Source of the DNA: an uncultured Mycoplasmatota bacterium
Lineage (GTDB): Bacteria > Bacillota_I > Bacilli_A > RF39 > UBA660
Length of the DNA stretch: 64,000 bases
Direction of reading: 5' to 3'
NCBI GenBank assembly: GCA_946488855.1
Contig: CAMLWC010000003.1
Span: 3,349 to 67,348 of the forward strand
Part shown: one piece after another, positions 39,551-49,947 of the stretch
Numbering within the stretch: the first letter of the stretch is position 1
Layout of the letters: every line of letters begins with the position of its first letter
Translations under genes and position numbers: made by a program
Notes under the pieces: generated by a model
What the model was told of the DNA's origin: nothing
What the model saw: the letters and a program-made list of their open reading frames with translations, nothing else
Database searches by the model: none

Positions 39551-40132
39551 CTAAATCGTTCTTTCAATTTTTTGATGTATTTCATCCTTACCAATTTTAG
39601 TAACATTACTAAACATTACGAATTCATCACCAACTACTAAATCTAAATCTTCTAATAAAACATTTCTTTGTTGTTGTTGTTTTGTAATAGGAATTTTATC
39701 GACTTTAGTTGCAATTATAGTAACTGGTAATTTATAATATTTTAAAAAATTATACATCATAATATCATCATTAGTTAATTTATGTCTAAAATCGACTAAC
39801 ATAAAAACTTGTTTTAAATTTTTTCTATTAGTTAAATAATCTTCCATCATCAAACCAAATTTTTTTTGTTTTTTCTTATTTACTTGAGCATAACCATATC
39901 CTGGAGCATCAACTAAATAAAATTGATCATTCACTAAATAAAAATTTATTGTTTGAGTTTTTCCAGGTGTTGCAGAAGTTCTAGCATAATTTTTTCGATT
40001 AATTAAAGTATTAATAAAACTACTTTTACCAACATTTGATCTACCAACTAATAAAAATTCAGGTTTGTTATCAGTTGGATATTGACTACGTCTAACTGCA
40101 CTTATTACTAAATTAACTGAATTAATTTTCAT
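39551..40132 (-). CDS. engB: Ribosome biogenesis GTPase EngB/YsxC
   Basis: GRSNVGKSSFIN, DAPGYGYA, TKVDK. Confidence 0.9.
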   Translation of the reverse strand: MKINSVNLVISAVRRSQYPTDNKPEFLLVGRSNVGKSSFINTLINRKNYARTSATPGKTQTINFYLVNDQFYLVDAPGYGYAQVNKKKQKKFGLMMEDYLTNRKNLKQVFMLVDFRHKLTNDDIMMYNFLKYYKLPVTIIATKVDKIPITKQQQQRNVLLEDLDLVVGDEFVMFSNVTKIGKDEIHQKIERTI

Positions 40133-40188
40133 TTTAATTCACCCCTTAAACCATTCAATTATAACATTATAGCAAACAATTGTCAAAA

Positions 40189-40761
40189 TTATCTAATATA
40201 TATTTTATTAATTTCTTCACCTAATAGTGAACATTCTACTCTTTGCTTTCTCAATTTTTCAACTAAAGCGTAATATTGATAATATTCATAATCAAATTTT
40301 GAAGCTAAACTACCATCTAATTCTCTATCAAATTTTTCTCTTAAACCTAAAATTTTAGAAATAATATCATCATCTAATTTTTTTTCACTATAATATTCTT
40401 TTAACAATTTTAATTTAGCAATTGTAAAAATTGGACTATTTTTTGTATAATTACCTTCAGTTTGATTATAAACTATTAAATTGTTATATAAATTATTATT
40501 ATTGTCAATAATTGCATAATTTCCTATTAATATATATGATAGAAGTTTATTATATTCAACACATCTCGTCAAAATATCAAAAGGAATATTATCATATAAT
40601 GCATCAGGTATCATTGTATAATACTGATATGATGTATCTAAATACTTAGTATAACATCTATAATTAAAATCAAGTGAAGAATATTTTAAAATCATTTTTC
40701 TCGATTCAAATAAAAATTTTTTTAAATTTGGATTAATACTATCAATATGTATAACTTGCAT
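40189..40761 (-). CDS. Hypothetical protein
   Basis: 190-aa ORF with no recognisable motif. Confidence 0.4.
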   Translation of the reverse strand: MQVIHIDSINPNLKKFLFESRKMILKYSSLDFNYRCYTKYLDTSYQYYTMIPDALYDNIPFDILTRCVEYNKLLSYILIGNYAIIDNNNNLYNNLIVYNQTEGNYTKNSPIFTIAKLKLLKEYYSEKKLDDDIISKILGLREKFDRELDGSLASKFDYEYYQYYALVEKLRKQRVECSLLGEEINKIYIR

Positions 40762-40796
40762 ATGTTTTCCCCCTAAATAAATTATAACATATATTC

Positions 40797-41237
40797 TTAT
40801 TTTTTTATATAATTATTTTTAGAGAGCAAAAATTTGCCTGTTCTAGAATCAAAATCAAATTCATAAGAACAAGTTTTTTCATCAAATATAATATATTCTT
40901 CATATTCTTTATCATATGGTTTAAAAGAAACTTTATCAGTTTTAAACATTTCAAAAAATAATTCTATTTTTTTCTTAGTATTATAAACATCTTCTATTTT
41001 AGAATAATAACCTGGAATAACTAAATATTTAAAAATACTCATTTCACTATCATCAATTAAATCTAACATTTTTAAAACAATAGGCACCCAATCAGCTGTA
41101 GAATGACCAACTATGGCTATTCTTTTATTTTCTTCATACAATAATATTCCAAAACAAGTTGCTAAAGCACAGGTGCCAATAATAGGATATTCTTCATTAG
41201 AAATATCAGCTTCATTCATATTAACTATTTTTTTCAT
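40797..41237 (-). CDS. Hypothetical protein with possible CheD-like (Cys-His deamidase) fold
   Basis: IIGTCALATCFGILLYEENKRIAIVGH compares with T. maritima CheD LGSCVAVCMRDPVAKVGAMAH. The C-terminal SYEFDFDSRTGKFLLSK compares with SVEYNIETGKLLVRK. The comparison is from memory. Confidence 0.3.
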   Translation of the reverse strand: MKKIVNMNEADISNEEYPIIGTCALATCFGILLYEENKRIAIVGHSTADWVPIVLKMLDLIDDSEMSIFKYLVIPGYYSKIEDVYNTKKKIELFFEMFKTDKVSFKPYDKEYEEYIIFDEKTCSYEFDFDSRTGKFLLSKNNYIKK

Positions 41238-41280
41238 TTTATCACCATATTAAAAACCACCAAATGTGGTTTATTTTCAT

Positions 41281-41624
41281 TTGGTGGAGTCGAGGGGAAT
41301 CGCACCCCTGTCCGAAAATATAAAGATTAAAGTTCTACAAGTTTAGATAGTTTGTTAATGTCCTAAATAATAATAAACTATCAAAATTTTATTTAGTAAT
41401 TTCTATTTTTATTCATCAATAATTCTAGAAAAAAACTATTGATATAACTCACTAATCGAGCCTCTTTTATATTTCGTGAGCAAAAATATAAAGAAGCAGC
41501 CTTCTAATATATTAAGCGAAAGCTAATTGATTTCTGTTTCCAGTTATTTTTAAATTTGAATGTATCGTATATCTTACGACCTGCCCTTTAAAAATTATTA
41601 TTTTCGTCGAAACTAGACGACCCC
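41281..41624 (-). ncRNA. ssrA: tmRNA (SsrA)
   Basis: The 5' end is GGGGTCGTCTAGTTTCGACG and the 3' end is GGACAGGGGTGCGATTCCCCTCGACTCCACCA (tRNA-like T-arm plus ACCA). The internal tag ORF GGA AAC AGA AAT CAA TTA GCT TTC GCT TAA (41541-41512) gives (A)GNRNQLAFA. smpB and rnr lie upstream. Confidence 0.9.
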
Positions 41625-41635
41625 ATGTGGTACAA

Positions 41636-41664
41636 ATTATACCACATTATTACTTTTTTTTCAA
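41636..41664 (-). promoter_or_regulatory. ssrA promoter (TTGAAA-17 nt-TATAAT with TGn extension)
   Basis: The minus strand reads TTGAAAaaaaagtaataatgTGgTATAAT (-35 at 41664-41659, -10 at 41641-41636). The -10 box lies between the arms of an 8-bp inverted repeat, ATGTGGTA...TACCACAT. Confidence 0.6.
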
Positions 41665-41866
41665 ATTATAATTCATTATAAAATATTAAAAACATACTTT
41701 TTCATATAATTCACAACTTATTACTATAAAACTTATTTATTATCTTTAAAGGTTAATTTATTGAAACAATTATTTCAACAATTTCAATTTAATTTTACTA
41801 CCTTAAAAAATAAGAACATTTGAATATATCTTTACTTTTTAATTATTTACACCAAAAATATAATAT

Positions 41867-42502
41867 CTATTTTTCCTTGTTTTCCATCTTCAAATTAAAT
41901 TTAGACGTTTCTATTTCTTGTTTTTTTATAAGCGGTAGTATTTTTTTATCGAGATAAGGTAATAAATCTTCAAAACCTAATTGTAATAATTCGTCTTTTG
42001 CTCGTTCATATGTATTAATAAACTCTCCAGGTGTAAAAATATAATACTCATCACTACTAAAATATGAAATCATTGCTAATGAAATATGATCTTTTATATT
42101 AAAATCAGTTATTTTAGAACATGATTCTACATACTTTTTTATAACATTACTAATAATTTTGTTACCTATTTTAGATGTTCCTTCAAACAAAAATAATCCA
42201 TTACTTATTTTCAATTTATTGATAATTTTATATATTATTTTAATATTTTCTTCTATTAAATCAAAGAAATAATTATTGATAATATCTCTTAAAACTATTT
42301 TATCAAAAAAGTTTATTCCCATTTTAGAAAATTGTTCCTCTAAATCGAAAGTTTTATTACGATAAATAGTACCTATGTTAGGAAGATTCAAATTTTCTCC
42401 AACTATTTTATTTATTTCAATTAATGCACTATTAATTCTATATTCAATATTGTTTGTTATAGTTTTAAAATTATTCTTTTCATCTATATCTTTCCATGCC
42501 AT
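41867..42502 (-). CDS. Hypothetical protein inserted between smpB and ssrA
   Basis: 211-aa ORF with no recognisable motif. Confidence 0.4.
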   Translation of the reverse strand: MAWKDIDEKNNFKTITNNIEYRINSALIEINKIVGENLNLPNIGTIYRNKTFDLEEQFSKMGINFFDKIVLRDIINNYFFDLIEENIKIIYKIINKLKISNGLFLFEGTSKIGNKIISNVIKKYVESCSKITDFNIKDHISLAMISYFSSDEYYIFTPGEFINTYERAKDELLQLGFEDLLPYLDKKILPLIKKQEIETSKFNLKMENKEK

Positions 42503-42517
42503 ATAATAAACTCCTTT

Positions 42518-42955
42518 TTAATATCTTTTTAAATCTTTAGCTATTTGTCTTTCAATATCTTTTTTCTTAATAGATTCTCTTTTATCATAATTTTTTTTAC
42601 CTTTAGCTAGTCCTATTAATAATTTAGCTTTACTACCTTTAAAATATAGTTTAATTGGAACTAAAGTAAATCCTTCAATTTCCAGTTTATCTCTTAATTT
42701 TAATATTTCTTTTTTATGCATTAATAATTTTCTAGTTCTAGTTTCATCATGATTAAATCTATTTCCTTGTTCATACTGACTAATATGCATATTAAGAATA
42801 AATATTTCATTATTCTTAATAATTGCATAACTATCTTTTAAATTACATTTGCCTAATCTTATTGATTTAATCTCAGTACCAGTTAATACAATACCAGCTT
42901 CAAATGTATCAAGTATTTCATAATCAAAATTAACTTTCCTGTTTAGTATCTCCAT
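42518..42955 (-). CDS. smpB: SsrA-binding protein SmpB
   Basis: NRKVNFDYEILDTFEAGIVLTGTEIKSIR and the basic C-terminal tail. Confidence 0.95.
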   Translation of the reverse strand: MEILNRKVNFDYEILDTFEAGIVLTGTEIKSIRLGKCNLKDSYAIIKNNEIFILNMHISQYEQGNRFNHDETRTRKLLMHKKEILKLRDKLEIEGFTLVPIKLYFKGSKAKLLIGLAKGKKNYDKRESIKKKDIERQIAKDLKRY

Positions 42956-45038
42956 CTCTTACCACCTCGAAGTCAATTGTTCTTTTTTCTTTATCAGCAG
43001 CCACAACTCTTACTTTAATACTATCACCTAATCTAAATCCACGTTTATCTTTATTTCCTCTTATAGTAAATGTTGTTTCATCATAAGTATAATAATCACC
43101 TTTAATGCTATCTAATCTAACTAATCCTTCAATTAAATTAGGTAATTCAACAAACATTCCAAAATTCATAACAGAACTAATAATACCATCAAATTCTTCA
43201 CCAATGTGATCCATCATATATTCTGCTTTCTTCATATCATCAACAGCTCGTTCACACTCAATACTTCTTCTTTCCATATTAGATGTATGTTCTGCTACAA
43301 AAGGTAATTCTCTTTCATAAAAATTAATTGTTTCATTATTAATATTATTATCAAATATGTAAGTATGTAATAATCTATGAACAGTTGTATCTGGATATCT
43401 TCTAATAGGAGATGTAAAATGTGTATAACATTTACTTGCAATACCAAAATGACCTATATTATTAGTATCATATATTGCTTTTTGCATACTTCTTAAAAGT
43501 AAAGCTGATAATAAATGAAATTCTTTTTTATCTTTTAATTGACCTAATATATTTTGCATAGTTTTAGGTGTTAACTTATTTAAATCTTCTTTTACTTTAT
43601 AACCTAAAATATTTAAAAATCTCATAAAATTACTAATTTTTTCTTCATTAGGTTCACCATGAATACGATAAATGAACGGTAATTCCATATAATAAATATG
43701 AGTTGCTACTGTTTCATTAGCAGCTATCATAAAGTCTTCAATTAATTTTTCTCCTTCTCCACGATATCTTAATGTAACATCAATAGCTTTTCCTTTATCA
43801 TCTACAATTATTTTAGATTCATCAATATCAAAATCAATATAACCTCTATTTTCTTTATGTTTACGTAAAATATGGGCTAATTCTAACATTAATCTTAATT
43901 TTTCTGCATACTCTTCGTAACCTTCTGGTACTATATTTTCTTCTAATATTTTATTAACATTTTTATATGTCATTTGTTTTCTAGATCTAATAACAGTTTG
44001 TAATAGATCATAATCTACAACATTACCATTTTTATCTATCTCCATAATACAAGATAAAGCTAATCTATCAACACCAGGATTTAATGAACAAATTCCATTA
44101 GATAATTTATGAGGTAACATTGGTATTACCCTATCAGCTAAATAAACACTAGTACCACGATCAAAAGCTTCACTATCTAATGATGTATTAGGTTTTACAT
44201 AATAACTAACATCAGCTATATGCACACCTAACTTATAATTATCACCTACTTTTTCAATTGATATTGCATCATCTATATCTTTGGTATCATCACCATCAAT
44301 TGTAAATATCATTTCATTTCTTAAATCAGTTCTACCTACTAAATCTTTTTCTAAAACTTCGTCAGGTAAATTATCTACTTCTTCCATCGTTTTATCACTA
44401 AAAGTATCAGGAATACCCATTTCATTAGTAATAGATAATATATCAACACCAGGATCATTTTTATGACCTAATATTTTAATTACTTCACCTTTATAATTAT
44501 TATCTTTTAATTTATTAGTAATTTTAACTAAAACTTTATGTCCAGGCATAGCTCCCATAGTTTTATCTAATTTAATAGTTATTTTTACCCTTTCATCATC
44601 TAAATCAACATAAGGAATATTTTTATTAAAATATACTTCACCTACCATTTGTTTAAATTTACGATCGACAATTTTCACTATTCTACCTTCTAAATCAATA
44701 CCTTTTGGAGATGTTATCTCAACTACTACTCTATCACCATGAATTGCCCCATTCATATTAGTAGGTGCAATAAAAATATCATCATCGCCATCGATATCAA
44801 CAAAACCATAACCTTTTTTATTTGCTATCATTGTTCCTAATTTTAAATGACTATTAGTAAATAATAAATAATTATTTTTTTTAGTTCTATATATTTTTAA
44901 ACTATCTTCCATTTCATTTAATACTTTTAATAATTGTTTTAATTCTTCTACTGATTTAAAACCCAATCCATCATTAATTTCATCAACTGATAAAGCTTTA
45001 TCAGTATTTTTTAATAATTCTATAATTCTTTCTTCCAT
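42930..45038 (-). CDS. rnr: Ribonuclease R
   Basis: Cold-shock-like N-domains, an RNB catalytic domain (FTIDGDDTKDIDDAIS; HFGIASKCYTHFTSPIRRYPD) and a C-terminal S1 domain. Confidence 0.95.
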   Translation of the reverse strand: MEERIIELLKNTDKALSVDEINDGLGFKSVEELKQLLKVLNEMEDSLKIYRTKKNNYLLFTNSHLKLGTMIANKKGYGFVDIDGDDDIFIAPTNMNGAIHGDRVVVEITSPKGIDLEGRIVKIVDRKFKQMVGEVYFNKNIPYVDLDDERVKITIKLDKTMGAMPGHKVLVKITNKLKDNNYKGEVIKILGHKNDPGVDILSITNEMGIPDTFSDKTMEEVDNLPDEVLEKDLVGRTDLRNEMIFTIDGDDTKDIDDAISIEKVGDNYKLGVHIADVSYYVKPNTSLDSEAFDRGTSVYLADRVIPMLPHKLSNGICSLNPGVDRLALSCIMEIDKNGNVVDYDLLQTVIRSRKQMTYKNVNKILEENIVPEGYEEYAEKLRLMLELAHILRKHKENRGYIDFDIDESKIIVDDKGKAIDVTLRYRGEGEKLIEDFMIAANETVATHIYYMELPFIYRIHGEPNEEKISNFMRFLNILGYKVKEDLNKLTPKTMQNILGQLKDKKEFHLLSALLLRSMQKAIYDTNNIGHFGIASKCYTHFTSPIRRYPDTTVHRLLHTYIFDNNINNETINFYERELPFVAEHTSNMERRSIECERAVDDMKKAEYMMDHIGEEFDGIISSVMNFGMFVELPNLIEGLVRLDSIKGDYYTYDETTFTIRGNKDKRGFRLGDSIKVRVVAADKEKRTIDFEVVRDGDTKQES

Positions 45039-45047
45039 AAATTCCTC

Positions 45048-45599
45048 CTACAAATTATCTATTAAAAATCTAATTAATAATTTTTTATTTTTATATTCAA
45101 ATATATAACTTAATATAAACAATATATTACCAAACAAAGTAATTATAATATCTTTCATTGTATCGTATACCCCAGTTGCACTTCTTTGCATATCGGCATT
45201 AAAAATATTATCCACCATAAATTCAAAAATTTCCCATAATCCTGATGTTGCTAAAGAAAAAATGAAAATAAATAAGCAACTAAATATTATATTATCAAAC
45301 TTTTTAAATTTTTTTAATAACAAAACTGCTAATAAACTTGATAAAAATCCCCATATAAAATGTGAAAAATTATCATACCAATAAACAGTTTTATACAAAT
45401 GTAATTGACACCCTAAAAATAAAGCTATAAAACCAAATATTAAATATAAGAAAGTAATTATTGGTTTTAGTTTAAATATAAAAGGAATTATTATATATAA
45501 ACTAAAAAGCAATATTGTTATATCCTTATTTATAAATGTAAATAAAAATGAAATAAAACAAAATACAAAAGAAATTAATATATTTATTTTATTCAACAT
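45048..45599 (-). CDS. Polytopic membrane protein (possibly YjdF/DUF2238-like)
   Basis: Five or six TM segments, with WYDNFSHFIWGF and WEIFEF motifs. The family call is tentative. Confidence 0.35.
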   Translation of the reverse strand: MLNKINILISFVFCFISFLFTFINKDITILLFSLYIIIPFIFKLKPIITFLYLIFGFIALFLGCQLHLYKTVYWYDNFSHFIWGFLSSLLAVLLLKKFKKFDNIIFSCLFIFIFSLATSGLWEIFEFMVDNIFNADMQRSATGVYDTMKDIIITLFGNILFILSYIFEYKNKKLLIRFLIDNL

Positions 45600-46650
45600 C
45601 GATTTTCTCCATTTCTACTTGATTAATTGAATTAAACCTTTTCGTTATCTTATCTGTTGTTGTATGTATATCTTTAACATCTTTACTTACTGTTTCGATA
45701 CTTCGATATAACTTGTCCCATCTTTCTTTGTATCTATTAAATTCATTACTTAATAATTTTAACTCGTTATGTATTACTGTAGTATATTTATCTCTTTCCA
45801 TATTTTTAATTATTACTTGAATAGTTGTTAGTGTACTGATTAAAGTAGTTGGACTAGTAATCCACACTCTTTTTTTATAAGCATATTCAATAATATCTGG
45901 ATGATGAGCATTAACTTCTGCAAAAATTGCTTCTGCTGGTAAAAACAAAATAGCTTGATCAGATGTAACATTATCAATTATATATTTACTAGCTATAGCA
46001 TCTATATGCTTTTTCATATCAGTTCTAAATAATTTTTCTGCTTGTTCTCTAATACTTATTTCATTTTTTTTATCCACCATAATTTGATAATGTTCCAAAG
46101 GAAATTTAGAATCAATTGCAATTGTACCTAATGGTTGTGGAGCAAATAAAACGCAATCAGCTATGGTATCATTATTAAATTTATATTGCATTTGATATAT
46201 TTTATCATTATCACCAAAAATATTATACATAATATTTTTTAAATTAACTTCACCAAATATTCCTCTTGTTTTTTTATCCGTTAAAATACTTTGTAAAGAT
46301 ATAATATCACTAGAAAGATTATCAATTTTTTTTTGAGCTTCGTCTATTTTGGATAATCTTTCTAAAACATTGGTAAATGTTTTATTAGTTTTTTCAAAAT
46401 TTTCATCTAATCTCTCATTAACTTTATTATTAATTAAAGTTAATTTGTTATCTAACTTATCATTTAATTTATCAAAATCATTAGTTAAGTCTCTACTAAA
46501 AGATGATTTAAATTCACTAACCTCTTTTACAACATTTGTCTCTAATTTTCCTAGTCTTTCAGTTATGTTTGATTCGTTTATATTTTTTGATAAAGATAAA
46601 ATACAAATTATTAATATAACTATCAATAAAATAATTATTATATATTCCAT
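45589..46650 (-). CDS. rmuC: DNA recombination protein RmuC
   Basis: N-terminal TM segment, a long coiled coil, then a RmuC nuclease-like core (GEVNLKNIM..., IAIDSKFPLEHY, LFLPAEAIF). Confidence 0.8.
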   Translation of the reverse strand: MEYIIIILLIVILIICILSLSKNINESNITERLGKLETNVVKEVSEFKSSFSRDLTNDFDKLNDKLDNKLTLINNKVNERLDENFEKTNKTFTNVLERLSKIDEAQKKIDNLSSDIISLQSILTDKKTRGIFGEVNLKNIMYNIFGDNDKIYQMQYKFNNDTIADCVLFAPQPLGTIAIDSKFPLEHYQIMVDKKNEISIREQAEKLFRTDMKKHIDAIASKYIIDNVTSDQAILFLPAEAIFAEVNAHHPDIIEYAYKKRVWITSPTTLISTLTTIQVIIKNMERDKYTTVIHNELKLLSNEFNRYKERWDKLYRSIETVSKDVKDIHTTTDKITKRFNSINQVEMEKIDVE

Positions 46651-46710
46651 ACAATCACCATTTTAATTATATCATATTTTATAAAAAAAAGTCTTATATT
46701 TCTATAAAAC

Positions 46711-46998
46711 TTATTTTTCTAATAACCATCCTTCATAACCTTCTAAAATATTATATACTTTGTAACCTTTTGTAGCTAAAATATTACATACTTTTAAACT
46801 ATTTTTACCATATTGGCAATATATATAATATTCTTCATTCTTATTCAAATATTTTTCTGGTTCTTTAAGTAATAATATGTAAGGTATATTAATTGCTCCA
46901 TTTATATGGTTATCATTATATTTTTCAATACTTCTAATATCAATAATATTTATATTATTTTTATTTAATAATTCTTTTATTGAAATATTTAATACCAT
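46711..46998 (-). CDS. Single-domain rhodanese-like sulfurtransferase
   Basis: 95 aa with the active-site loop YCQYGKNS and IDIRS..EYNDNHINGAINIP. Confidence 0.8.
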   Translation of the reverse strand: MVLNISIKELLNKNNINIIDIRSIEKYNDNHINGAINIPYILLLKEPEKYLNKNEEYYIYCQYGKNSLKVCNILATKGYKVYNILEGYEGWLLEK

Positions 46999-47053
46999 AT
47001 AACCACCCTAATACATTATATGTATCAAGGAATAATTAATAAAGGTAATTAAA

Positions 47054-49228
47054 CTACTCGTCATCATTAAAAAAATCATCAAAGAATTCATCATCAGAAA
47101 CTCCATTAATTACTTTGTTTTCTTCTTCTTTTAATTTAATCTCTGGCATTTCAACGACTTTACTTACATTTGTTGTTGCTTTTTCTACTTTATCATTATT
47201 TTCTTTATCTAAATTGTCATGATTTAAATTTGTAGATTTATTATCATTTGTAATATTTTGTTGTTCAACTTTTGTATTTTGTAAAGTAGCAACATTATTT
47301 TGATTCATTGAAGCATTTTTAGCATTTTCCTGTTTTTCTTGTTCTTCTAATTCAGCAATTTTAGCATCAATTCTCTTTACTAATGAATCTATATCAAAAG
47401 CATCATTTTTTGGCATTTCTCTTTTTTCAGGTCGTGGTATATTTGGCATTCCACCACTTACTGAACTCATTGGATTAAATGAATTCATCATTTCATTTAA
47501 TTTTGATTCTCTTTTTGCATCAACAAATGCTTTTATATCAAACAATTTAATTTCTTGTTTTTCTCTTTCTGGATAAGTAGCTTTAGGATATGATTTACCC
47601 CAGCCACCTTCTTTTTGAATTTTCCAATCAGGAACAACTTTTGTTTTAAAAGGCATTGATCTGATTCTTAAAACAATAATTGTATTTTCAGGTAATCGTT
47701 GTAAATCACTAACTGTTACTAAAGGTGTACTAGCTGTTTTATCCTTTTCTTTTGATTTAACTTCACCACATAATTTACTAATTTCCTCTAATGACGCTAA
47801 CTCACTACTAATAAGATATACAATATTACCACAGTTACCTTTAATAGTTTCTCCATTTTCTTTTCCATATACTTGATATAATTGAGCAAAGTTTTGAATA
47901 ATAAATGTAAATCTTATATTTCTACTTCTTGCTGCTGTAACCATTGTTGTAACATCTTTAAGTGGTGGCATATTAGCAAATTCGTCTAGTATGAAATTTG
48001 TTTTAAATGGTAATTTACCACCCGATTCTTGCGCTACATCAATTAATGTTTCATAACATTGCTTAATAAATATAGTAACTAATGAATGGTAAGTTTTCTT
48101 TTCATCTTGAATTACTAGGAAAACTGCTGTTTTCTTTCTACCAATATCTTTTAAATCAAAATCACTATGACTTAACATTTCTGATAAATTTTCTCTTGAA
48201 GAAAATAATTTTATTTTTTGCTTAAATACAGACAAAATACTACTTTTTGTATCATTTGGTGCCATAATAGTTGAAGAAACATTAATGTAAGCAGGACTTG
48301 ATTTATCCTTATAACTAAAGTACTCTTTTATATAAGTAGTATTTCCTATTTTTTCTTCACCAACAGTTGTCATTAAATTTATTGTATTTAAATTTATTTC
48401 TTCTTCTTTTGCATCTTCAAACAATGCTAAAGCTAAACCAGTAAAATAATCAGCAGAAGTTTTCTCCCAGAAAGGATCTTGACTTTGAGCTTTATCATCG
48501 TAAAGAATATTCATAGCTAAATCATCTAATAACTCATTTGCCTTATCTTTATTTCCACTTTTATATAATTGATATGGTAAACCTAATGGATTCCAAGCAC
48601 TTCCTTTTTGTGGATCACGGAAATTTAATAACACAATGTTATAACCTTTTTCTCTTAACATTTCTGCATTATTTTCATAAATTTCTCCTTTAGGATCGGT
48701 AATAATCATTGATTCACCTTTTTTAGCTAAAATTCTAACCATTGGTTGAACCATAGTTTGAGTTTTACCAGCACCAGTAGAACCTAAAATAAGATTATGA
48801 TATTCACCAGAATCAACCCATATTTCTTTACCATTATTTATTAAAGGAATACCTGCATATTCACTAGTTTCTTGATTTGGTAAAACTTTGTTAATACCAC
48901 TTTGTTTTTTAAATTCTTTTTCTTCTGCCCATCTAGAATAACCTTTTTCTTCTTTACTACCTGTACTAAATCCAAAACCTTTATCCCTTTCGAAGAAATA
49001 TGATGAAACACTTGTAAATATAAATATAAATGCAAATATATATCCAACTATTGTAGGCAATAAATATTCTTCAGTAAAAGCTGGAAATGGATCTAATCCG
49101 TGAAAACTGGCATCAGTTGCAAAACTAGAAATATTAAGCACTGCTATAGCAACAAAATATAATAATACAACTGCAAATATAGCAAATATTAAATAATCCT
49201 TGGCTGTTGCTTTAAATTTTAACTTCAT
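47054..49228 (-). CDS. VirD4/TraG-type type IV coupling protein
   Basis: Start at the ATG after an AAGGGG RBS. Two N-terminal TM segments, GYSRWAEE (the hGSARWA-like motif), Walker A GSTGAGKTQT and Walker B NFILDEFANM. The tail is long and low-complexity and ends DDEFFDDFFNDDE. Confidence 0.85.
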   Translation of the reverse strand: MKLKFKATAKDYLIFAIFAVVLLYFVAIAVLNISSFATDASFHGLDPFPAFTEEYLLPTIVGYIFAFIFIFTSVSSYFFERDKGFGFSTGSKEEKGYSRWAEEKEFKKQSGINKVLPNQETSEYAGIPLINNGKEIWVDSGEYHNLILGSTGAGKTQTMVQPMVRILAKKGESMIITDPKGEIYENNAEMLREKGYNIVLLNFRDPQKGSAWNPLGLPYQLYKSGNKDKANELLDDLAMNILYDDKAQSQDPFWEKTSADYFTGLALALFEDAKEEEINLNTINLMTTVGEEKIGNTTYIKEYFSYKDKSSPAYINVSSTIMAPNDTKSSILSVFKQKIKLFSSRENLSEMLSHSDFDLKDIGRKKTAVFLVIQDEKKTYHSLVTIFIKQCYETLIDVAQESGGKLPFKTNFILDEFANMPPLKDVTTMVTAARSRNIRFTFIIQNFAQLYQVYGKENGETIKGNCGNIVYLISSELASLEEISKLCGEVKSKEKDKTASTPLVTVSDLQRLPENTIIVLRIRSMPFKTKVVPDWKIQKEGGWGKSYPKATYPEREKQEIKLFDIKAFVDAKRESKLNEMMNSFNPMSSVSGGMPNIPRPEKREMPKNDAFDIDSLVKRIDAKIAELEEQEKQENAKNASMNQNNVATLQNTKVEQQNITNDNKSTNLNHDNLDKENNDKVEKATTNVSKVVEMPEIKLKEEENKVINGVSDDEFFDDFFNDDE

Positions 49229-49271
49229 TAAGTTCACCCCTTAATCATATATAAGTATATCATATTATTAA

Positions 49272-49946
49272 TTAAATTTCATTATTTTTTTTACCAATAA
49301 TTATAATAACAGAAACTGTGATTGCAATCAATAAAAATAATCCACCAAAAATAACAAATGTTAAAAAATTATTTTTTATAAATTGTAATATTTTATCAAA
49401 AAAATTTAATTGTTTTACAGAACCAAATTTGGCATAAATACTTTTTTCTTCAGCATTATTATCGTCAATATTCCATATAAGTTTACCATTTTTTATTTCA
49501 TCTGCATTACTTTCGATAATTTCATGATTTGTATTAATTACGACTTCAACATTATCAACTTTATTATAATCAACAAACATGCAATTAAATCCTTGACTAG
49601 TTGATAAAATATAATTATCATCATTAGTGACAAAACTAAATGCATCAAAACAACTTTTAATATAAAGAGCATGTCTAAATTCATCAAAATTATATGTATA
49701 TTGATAATTTGCAGTAAAATTTGTTATTCCATTATTATAATTTACTTTATATAATCTTTGATAAGTATTATCAAAAATTGAATATGCTTTATATTTTTTT
49801 ATATCTTCAATTTGTTTTTCATCAGATTTTTTTAATTCAACATTAATGTTTTCAATTAAATTTTCATCTTCAAATTTTAATTCATATTTAATTTGACATC
49901 CAGTTAATATAATGAGCGATAAAACCAAAATCATTATTTTTTTCAT
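49272..49946 (-). CDS. Lipoprotein with C-terminal TM anchor (T4SS accessory, unknown)
   Basis: Start at the ATG after a GGTGA RBS. Lipobox LIILTGC|Q and C-terminal TM segment FLTFVIFGGLFLLIAITVSVIIIIG. Confidence 0.55.
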   Translation of the reverse strand: MKKIMILVLSLIILTGCQIKYELKFEDENLIENINVELKKSDEKQIEDIKKYKAYSIFDNTYQRLYKVNYNNGITNFTANYQYTYNFDEFRHALYIKSCFDAFSFVTNDDNYILSTSQGFNCMFVDYNKVDNVEVVINTNHEIIESNADEIKNGKLIWNIDDNNAEEKSIYAKFGSVKQLNFFDKILQFIKNNFLTFVIFGGLFLLIAITVSVIIIIGKKNNEI

Positions 49947-49947
49947 T

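Noticed and set aside
40189-41280. Integrated genomic island at the ssrA 3' end
   Set aside because: No integrase is present, and I could not find a direct repeat of the ssrA 3' terminus near engB. The region holds only two small ORFs. It is kept as a low-level curiosity, not called as a mobile element.
48841-49047. 68-aa same-strand ORF overlapping the coupling-protein gene out of frame
   Set aside because: It lies inside the conserved N-terminal region of the VirD4-like protein. It has no RBS and its sequence is lysine- and valine-rich and low in complexity, so it is most likely a chance frame.
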